DNA from: Gammaproteobacteria bacterium
Lineage (GTDB): Bacteria; Pseudomonadota; Gammaproteobacteria; CAJXQU01
NCBI GenBank assembly: GCA_965223825.1
Contig: OZ245018.1
Span: 1,171,328 to 1,235,327 of the forward strand
Reading direction: 5' to 3'
Length of the DNA: 64,000 bases
The translations under genes and the position numbers were made by a program. Below are positions 57,899 to 64,000 of this stretch, one piece after another (positions within the stretch are counted from its first letter, which is position 1; each line of letters begins with the position of its first letter). A model generated the notes under the pieces. The model worked only from the letters and a program-made list of their open reading frames with translations, was not told the DNA's origin and did not search any database.

Positions 57899-59668
57899 AT
57901 GTTTCAAAAGACAATAATGACAGCCTCCGAAGTATTAACTGCCGTTGGTACACTTCCTATACAGGACTCATTAACATTAAGAGCTTCATTACATCCAAAT
58001 AAAAAACTTTTTACTTTTCTTGATGATGAAGGATTGGAAAGTGATCAGTTTACCTATCTTGATTTGTGGCAACGTGCAAGATCCGTCGCCGATTACCTAA
58101 TTAGTCGTTCGGAACCTGGTGATCGTGTCCTGCTTTTTTACCCGCAAGGGTTAGATTTTATCGCTGCATTTTTCGGTTGTTTATTATCAAACCGTATTGC
58201 TGTTCCAATAAACTTACCTAACCGTCGACGTGTGGATAAATGCGTTAGCATTATTCTTGATACGGGTGCACATCTTGCGATGGCACCACAAAAGACTTTT
58301 GAAAAAATCAGTGATGGCTTTTCCGGTACAGAAGCTTCTAAGCTTGAGTGGATAATGTGTGAAGACATTCCTCGTGGAGGTTTAACCCCTGTCTTTGGTG
58401 CGCACCGAACAGATACAAATCTCAATGATATCGCATTCCTACAATATACCTCTGGATCTACATCAGCACCCAAAGGTGTGATGGTTACGCATCGCAATAT
58501 CGCAATAAATCTTCAAATGATGCGTGATAGTTGGAGCCTAGATAACCAGACAAATATGGTTTTTTGGCAACCTCATCATCATGATATGGGGTTAATAATG
58601 GGTCAGTTATTACCGGTGTTATTAGGTAATCACACAGTCACTATGTCACCAAATACAGCTGTTAGACAGCCAGCAATCTGGTTGAAGGCAGTATCAGATT
58701 ATCAAGCAAAACTAACTGGTGGTCCTAATTTTATTTACGATCTTGCTGTAACACGATTTTCTGAAAAGCGTTTGCAAGGTGTGGACCTCTCCAGTTGGGA
58801 AATAGCGCCTAATGGTGCTGACGTGGTTCGTTCAACCACACTTGATAGATTTTATTCTACCTTCAAAAATTATGGATTCCGTATGGAAACATTTATGCCG
58901 TGTTACGGGTTAGCGGAAGGGACGTTATTCGTAACAGGTGGGCCGACTCGCCAGATGCCAAAAGATATGCAGGTCGATAAAAAAGTATTAGAACAAGAGA
59001 GGCGTGTAGCAAGGACCAATGATCAATTTGTAGGACGAGTGTTGGTAGGTTGTGGTGAACCAAACTGGGAAACAGAGGTTGCTATTGTTGATCCGGAAGG
59101 TGGTCAGGAGTGTCAGGCTGGCGAGGTCGGTGAAATTTGGGTCAATGGACGTGCTGTTGCTGCAGGGTATTGGAAAAATGAAAAAGCAACACAGAACACT
59201 TTTCACGGAATGATCAGTAGTGAGCCAGATAAACGCTATTTACGCACAGGTGATATTGGATTTATTGGCGATGATAGTCAGCTGTATATTTGTGGGCGCT
59301 TAAAAGATCTTATTATTTGTGAGGGTCGTAATTTACACCCGGAAGATATTGAGTACACAATTCTCGAATCAACAGATCGGTTAAAACCACAAAGTTGTGC
59401 TGTTTTTAGTTATGACAAAGATGATCAACGTCAGGCAATGGTTGCAATTATTGAAACAGATCGTGATTTAAAAAGATGTCTTGCAGAACAAGCTAAAGAA
59501 TTAAGAATAACGATTGGCCGATCAGTCACCGATGCACATGGTGTCGGCTTAAGCCAAATAGTGTTTATTCCACCTGCAACATTGAAAAAAACAACCAGTG
59601 GTAAAGTCCAACGTAGTCTAATGAAAAACCTCTATCTCAATGGCGAATTGGATATTTTACAAACATGA
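57899..59668 (+). CDS. Fatty acyl-AMP ligase (FAAL)
   Basis: AFLQYTSGSTSAPKGVMV, HDMGLI, PCYGLAE, LRTGD, GRNLHPEDIE, KTTSGKVQR. Confidence 0.92.
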   Translation: MFQKTIMTASEVLTAVGTLPIQDSLTLRASLHPNKKLFTFLDDEGLESDQFTYLDLWQRARSVADYLISRSEPGDRVLLFYPQGLDFIAAFFGCLLSNRIAVPINLPNRRRVDKCVSIILDTGAHLAMAPQKTFEKISDGFSGTEASKLEWIMCEDIPRGGLTPVFGAHRTDTNLNDIAFLQYTSGSTSAPKGVMVTHRNIAINLQMMRDSWSLDNQTNMVFWQPHHHDMGLIMGQLLPVLLGNHTVTMSPNTAVRQPAIWLKAVSDYQAKLTGGPNFIYDLAVTRFSEKRLQGVDLSSWEIAPNGADVVRSTTLDRFYSTFKNYGFRMETFMPCYGLAEGTLFVTGGPTRQMPKDMQVDKKVLEQERRVARTNDQFVGRVLVGCGEPNWETEVAIVDPEGGQECQAGEVGEIWVNGRAVAAGYWKNEKATQNTFHGMISSEPDKRYLRTGDIGFIGDDSQLYICGRLKDLIICEGRNLHPEDIEYTILESTDRLKPQSCAVFSYDKDDQRQAMVAIIETDRDLKRCLAEQAKELRITIGRSVTDAHGVGLSQIVFIPPATLKKTTSGKVQRSLMKNLYLNGELDILQT

Positions 59669-60435
59669 AACCGGCTGAGTTTGATCGAACTAAAGTAACG
59701 CCATTAGGTGATGATTTTGTAACTTTAATTTCTAACCCTGATGCTGCTGTGAGATTAGTCTGTTTTCATTTTGCCGGTGGAAGTGCACAAAGCTTTTTAC
59801 CTTGGAGAGATGAGTTTCAGGGGGTCTGTGAGTTAATCGCGGCCGAATTACCTGGGCGAACACGTCGATATAATGAGTCTTTTTACCCATCGATTGCTGT
59901 GGCTGTTGAGAAGTTAGCACAGTCATACTTAAAACTACCACGTAAGCGCACCATTTTTTATGGGCATAGTTTAGGAGCCTTGTTAGCTTATGAAACCACG
60001 CGTTTATTGTCAGATCATGATTGCGCTCCTGAGCATTTAATCCTTTCGTCACGATCTGGACCCGTTAATTTCCCTGTTTCGATTGGCTTACCGGAGTTGT
60101 CAGATGATTCGTTATTAACATATTTAAAAAATCTGGAAGGGACGACAGAGGCCGTTCTTGAAAATAAAACGTTAATGAAGGTGATGCTTCCAATAATACG
60201 ATCAGATTTAGAAATTATTTATGGTTACCAGCATGATGACTCTACGAAAGTCACGATACCTGTGGAAGTAATCGGTGCAATTGATGATCAACACTGTCCA
60301 TTTGAGTCATTAATGGATTGGAAAAATATTACAGATAATTCATTTCGTATACATATGATTCCGGGAGGACATTTTTCTCCGATCAATACGCCCGACATTG
60401 TAAAACAGAAAATTAATCAATTGAGTGTTAGTTAG
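59665..60435 (+). CDS. Type II thioesterase
   Basis: FHFAGGSA, ELPGR, GHSLG, GGHF. Confidence 0.92.
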   Translation: MKPAEFDRTKVTPLGDDFVTLISNPDAAVRLVCFHFAGGSAQSFLPWRDEFQGVCELIAAELPGRTRRYNESFYPSIAVAVEKLAQSYLKLPRKRTIFYGHSLGALLAYETTRLLSDHDCAPEHLILSSRSGPVNFPVSIGLPELSDDSLLTYLKNLEGTTEAVLENKTLMKVMLPIIRSDLEIIYGYQHDDSTKVTIPVEVIGAIDDQHCPFESLMDWKNITDNSFRIHMIPGGHFSPINTPDIVKQKINQLSVS

Positions 60436-60438
60436 TTT

Positions 60439-61146
60439 ATGAATTCAAAACAGTCTCTTGATGAGGTGCAAGTGTTTGTCGTGAAAACCCAAGACTATAC
60501 AAACTACGAACACCTTCATTGCTTGCTTAGTGTTGAAGAAAAAAAACGTGCTGACCGTTTTTTATTCAAGAAGGATAAGCATGATTTTGTCATAGCGCAT
60601 GCTTTAAAAAGAGAGAAGATAGCTGATCAGTTAAATATTAGCGATCCGACATCGATCTATTTTGAGAATTCACCCAGTGGTAAACCTTATCTAAAGGGTT
60701 CGGCCTTGCATTTTAACATTAGTCATTCACATGGTTGGGTTGCCTTGGTCATTTCTCAAAAATCCGAATGCGGAATTGATATTGAGTCATATCAAAATAG
60801 AAGACTTAATCAATTGCCATTATTGATAGATAAAACAATGTCAGAGTTAGAGAAAAGTGCAATTGACAACTCCTCTAACCGTTTATACGCGTTTATTGAT
60901 CGTTGGGTTTTAAAAGAGGCGTATTTAAAAAAGAGTGGGGTTGGTTTGGCAGTAAATTTAAACGCAATTTGTACGGAATTCGATTCAATATCGAATTCGG
61001 ATTACAAAGCGGTTCTTGATAGTAAATTCTATATTAAAAAAAACCAAGATTATTCATTATCTATGTGTATGAGCGATATCGAAAATGTCAGGTTTCACTC
61101 TCATTTAGAAGGAAATCAATTCGAAATACAAAGTCATGCACAATGA
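60439..61146 (+). CDS. Sfp-type 4'-phosphopantetheinyl transferase
   Basis: GKP, FNISHS, GIDIE, WVLKEAYLK. Confidence 0.93.
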   Translation: MNSKQSLDEVQVFVVKTQDYTNYEHLHCLLSVEEKKRADRFLFKKDKHDFVIAHALKREKIADQLNISDPTSIYFENSPSGKPYLKGSALHFNISHSHGWVALVISQKSECGIDIESYQNRRLNQLPLLIDKTMSELEKSAIDNSSNRLYAFIDRWVLKEAYLKKSGVGLAVNLNAICTEFDSISNSDYKAVLDSKFYIKKNQDYSLSMCMSDIENVRFHSHLEGNQFEIQSHAQ

Positions 61147-61178
61147 AAGTTAACTTATCCCGAACTGAGAGGTGACAT

Positions 61179-61988
61179 ATGGGAAATCCATCAGCACAAA
61201 CTGCGAGTGATATCACTGCATTTTTTGATATTAGTGATAAAGAAAGAAAAACTATCGCATGGGAGTATATTATTTTTGAGGCACTAACATTCATTCATTT
61301 TTCACTTGCTTTTATGGGGTATGTTCCTTACTGGACATTTTGTATTGCCGTATTTTGGTATATTCCAAGGTGGATGATCGCACTACATGAGCAACAACAT
61401 TTCTGCACGCCAAAAAATATCAATATCATTACGCGTCACAATCTTCTTATTTTGACACCGTTTCAACTCGGTTATTGTGAAATGCGCGATATTCATATGC
61501 GTCATCACGCTCATGGTGCTACTGAAAAAGATCCTGAGTATTACCATATAAAAGGTCATTGGTTTGCAGGGTTTATTAATGTGTTTTTTTCACCAGAACA
61601 GTCTGTTTATTTTTGGTTAAAAGAAAAAAAAGTGGATGCTGAACTTGTTCGGGGTATGCTGATTCGTTTTAGTTTATTTGTTGCGATTGTTGCTATCTGT
61701 GGTTGGCAAAGTTTGTGGTATTTCATCCCTGTTAGGCTGGCATATGGATCGTGTTTATTTTTCTTCTCTTACTGTTTACACCGTAAAGATGGGGAATATG
61801 GAACGTTTAGTATTCAATATCCAGGTTTTTTACGTAAATTAATGCATATTTTCTATGGGAATACGTTACTGCATAGTGTGAGTGAGCATGATATTCACCA
61901 TGATTATCCACGAGTACCAGGCAATCGTTTAGGAGAGGCGCGTCCGTACTACGTACCTCGACGATCAGCCATGAAGCAAGCATCCTAA
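61179..61988 (+). CDS. Membrane fatty-acid desaturase/hydroxylase family protein 1
   Basis: His boxes HEQQH, HMRHH, HDIHH; hydrophobic segments. Confidence 0.82.
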   Translation: MGNPSAQTASDITAFFDISDKERKTIAWEYIIFEALTFIHFSLAFMGYVPYWTFCIAVFWYIPRWMIALHEQQHFCTPKNINIITRHNLLILTPFQLGYCEMRDIHMRHHAHGATEKDPEYYHIKGHWFAGFINVFFSPEQSVYFWLKEKKVDAELVRGMLIRFSLFVAIVAICGWQSLWYFIPVRLAYGSCLFFFSYCLHRKDGEYGTFSIQYPGFLRKLMHIFYGNTLLHSVSEHDIHHDYPRVPGNRLGEARPYYVPRRSAMKQAS

Positions 61989-62056
61989 TATACTCATTGC
62001 CATTCTCAATTTAGGCATTTAGTCAATAATTACCCGAGACGATTTGGAGAGATAAA

Positions 62057-62902
62057 ATGCATGCTCAACCCTTAAGCGATGATACGATTTTGGCTGCGCT
62101 ATCTAAAAACCCAGAGATGGATATTTCAAGGCTTGAATGGACAAATCTTATTTATATTGTTTTTGTTTATGCTCATTTCGCACTTGGTGTATTCGGTTTT
62201 GTACCGCTGTGGACTTTTTGTATTGGTGCGCCAATGTATGTCGCACGTTGGATGATCGGTTTGCATGAGATCTTGCATTTATTAAAACCGCAAGATATTA
62301 ATCCTTTAATCAGATTGCATTTACTAATAGTGACACCATTTTCACTAGGCTATCGTGAAGTACGAGATATTCACATGCGACACCATGCTTATACGGTCAC
62401 GGACAAAGATCCTGATCTCTACCATATCAAAGGTAATTTCTTTACCTCATTTTTAACAGTACTCATACAACCAGAGATTTCTGCCTATCATTGGGTTCGT
62501 GAAAAAGGATTTGATAGAGAGTTGGCACTTGGGATGACGTTACGGTTTGTATTGTTTACGGTGTTCACTATCAGCCTTGGCTGGACTGCGCTATGGTATT
62601 TTATTCCTGTGAGATTAGCGTATGGAAGTTGTATGTTTTCCATTTCTTTTCCCTTACATCGTCAATCTGGAGAGTACGGGACTTATACACCTAAGTACGG
62701 TCTTTTTTTAGAGACGATAATGGATGTTTTCTTCGGGAGAGCTGCACTTAATACCCTGAGTTATCATGATATTCATCACGACTACCCTCGAATTTCTGCA
62801 TTTAAATTACCTGTCGCAAGAAAATACTATAAACCTAAACCTTCGAGTTTAGCTGACAGATCGTCTATTTCAGAAATGTCTGATATCCGCAAAACGGCTT
62901 AG
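62057..62902 (+). CDS. Membrane fatty-acid desaturase/hydroxylase family protein 2 (paralog)
   Basis: His boxes HEILH, HMRHH, HDIHH; shares DIHMRHHA and WYFIPVRLAYGSC with the upstream gene. Confidence 0.82.
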   Translation: MHAQPLSDDTILAALSKNPEMDISRLEWTNLIYIVFVYAHFALGVFGFVPLWTFCIGAPMYVARWMIGLHEILHLLKPQDINPLIRLHLLIVTPFSLGYREVRDIHMRHHAYTVTDKDPDLYHIKGNFFTSFLTVLIQPEISAYHWVREKGFDRELALGMTLRFVLFTVFTISLGWTALWYFIPVRLAYGSCMFSISFPLHRQSGEYGTYTPKYGLFLETIMDVFFGRAALNTLSYHDIHHDYPRISAFKLPVARKYYKPKPSSLADRSSISEMSDIRKTA

Positions 62903-62912
62903 GAGAGTATTT

Positions 62913-64000
62913 ATGCTCGATTTTACTTCATCGACTGACAATAGCATTTCATCACTCTTATTGTGGATGCGTGATTATGCAAATAATCGATTAAATTCCG
63001 CATTAATGGATGCTCGTCGAAGTATTCCGCCATACATAGTTTTAGATTTCGGTAATAAGGGGTTGCTTGGTTTGCAAGCGCCGGTTAACTGCGGTGGATT
63101 AAATTTAAGTAATGAAGAATGTATGGCTGTTTCGACACAGATAGGCGCGATTGATATGAACCTTGCGATCTTTGTGGGACTGCACAATCACCTCGGGATC
63201 CGACCAATCATGCATTTCAGTAATTCATCAGTTCGAGATGAGTTATTACCTGAAATAGCTTCTGGTCGACAACTTACTGCTTTCGGTTTAACAGAACCTG
63301 GAGCTGGATCGAACGCAGGTGCTATTGAAGGTCAAGCCCAAGCGTTGACGGGTGGAAAGGTAAAACTCAATGGCCATAAAATGTGGATCGGGAATGCGGC
63401 TTGGGCCGGTGTGATCAATGTTTTTTTACGTTATGTCGATGAGCAAGGCAAACCTAATGGAATTAGCGGCTACGTTGTAAGACAAGGTACCCCTGGTTTA
63501 CAGATGGGGCCTGAATTAATGACGATGGGTATGCGTGGAATGGTTCAAAACCGTTTTACCATGAATGATCTTGTGATCAGTGAAGAGCATCAATTAGGTG
63601 CACTTGGACGAGGGTTGGATGTCGCTCAAGATGCGATGATGTACACACGTTTGGCATTAGGTGCAATATTTCTCGGCGGGATGAAACGTTGTATGCAGCT
63701 AATGTTGCGTTATGCAGAACGCCGTATGAAGATTTCTACCGGCCGATTACTCGATCATCCGGTTTCAATGATGCATCTGAGTACATTGACTGCACAATCT
63801 GATGCCCTCGAAGCACTTGTCTTATTTATTAGTCGTGGCTTAGATAAATCGATTTCGATACCTGAGGAATTTCTTATTACGGCAAAAGTATTGGGGTCAG
63901 AGTTTCTCTGGGAAGCGGCAGATAAAGCGAGCCAAATGCTGGGTGGGAGAGGGTATTTAGAGAGTAACGAAATAACAAAAATCCTACGGGATGCACGAGT
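62913..64000 (+). CDS. Acyl-CoA/acyl-ACP dehydrogenase (runs off the window end; absent from the ORF track)
   Basis: AGGAG RBS, ATG 62913; my translation MLDFTSS...RRSIPPYIVLDFGNKGLLG...AFGLTEPGAGSN...LNGHKMWIGN...MGMRG...LGGRGYLE. Confidence 0.88.
   Translation, partial: MLDFTSSTDNSISSLLLWMRDYANNRLNSALMDARRSIPPYIVLDFGNKGLLGLQAPVNCGGLNLSNEECMAVSTQIGAIDMNLAIFVGLHNHLGIRPIMHFSNSSVRDELLPEIASGRQLTAFGLTEPGAGSNAGAIEGQAQALTGGKVKLNGHKMWIGNAAWAGVINVFLRYVDEQGKPNGISGYVVRQGTPGLQMGPELMTMGMRGMVQNRFTMNDLVISEEHQLGALGRGLDVAQDAMMYTRLALGAIFLGGMKRCMQLMLRYAERRMKISTGRLLDHPVSMMHLSTLTAQSDALEALVLFISRGLDKSISIPEEFLITAKVLGSEFLWEAADKASQMLGGRGYLESNEITKILRDAR

Noticed and set aside
62975-63187. 70-aa minus-strand ORF near the window end
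   Set aside because: It lies antisense within the plus-strand acyl-CoA dehydrogenase that starts at 62913.

Overview
Bacterial chromosome segment, most likely from a polarly flagellated gammaproteobacterium, since it has the FleQ/FleS/FleR sigma54 hierarchy. It has four blocks. (1) 80-4054: flgJ-flgK-flgL. (2) 4251-18354: an AT-rich flagellin glycosylation/modification island. It encodes a radical SAM enzyme, a DltA-like adenylation enzyme with a carrier protein and an SGNH-like protein, methyltransferases, a pyruvyltransferase-family protein, two GT2s, RfbF, and a sigma54-preceded TPR/O-GlcNAc-transferase (GT41) fusion. (3) 18587-33609: two short alphaproteobacterial-type flagellins with structured leaders, an unknown flagellin-like ORF, flbT and flaF in the slot normally held by flaG-fliD-fliS-fliT, then an atypical PilZ gene, fleQSR, fliEFGHIJ and an orphan TfpX/TfpZ-like gene. 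A CpxAR-like two-component pair and an MxaD/SRPBCC gene follow on the minus strand. (4) 37907 to the window end: a compact, non-colinear trans-AT polyketide cluster. It has two flavin monooxygenases (one splits a KS|Ox|ACP module), an ACP-hydrolase-PLP-fold protein lacking the catalytic lysines, AT-ER, FAAL, ACP, TEII, PPTase, twin membrane desaturases and an acyl-CoA dehydrogenase. I saw no rRNA, tRNA, CRISPR array or IS element. All calls come from reading motifs by eye; no database searches were run.
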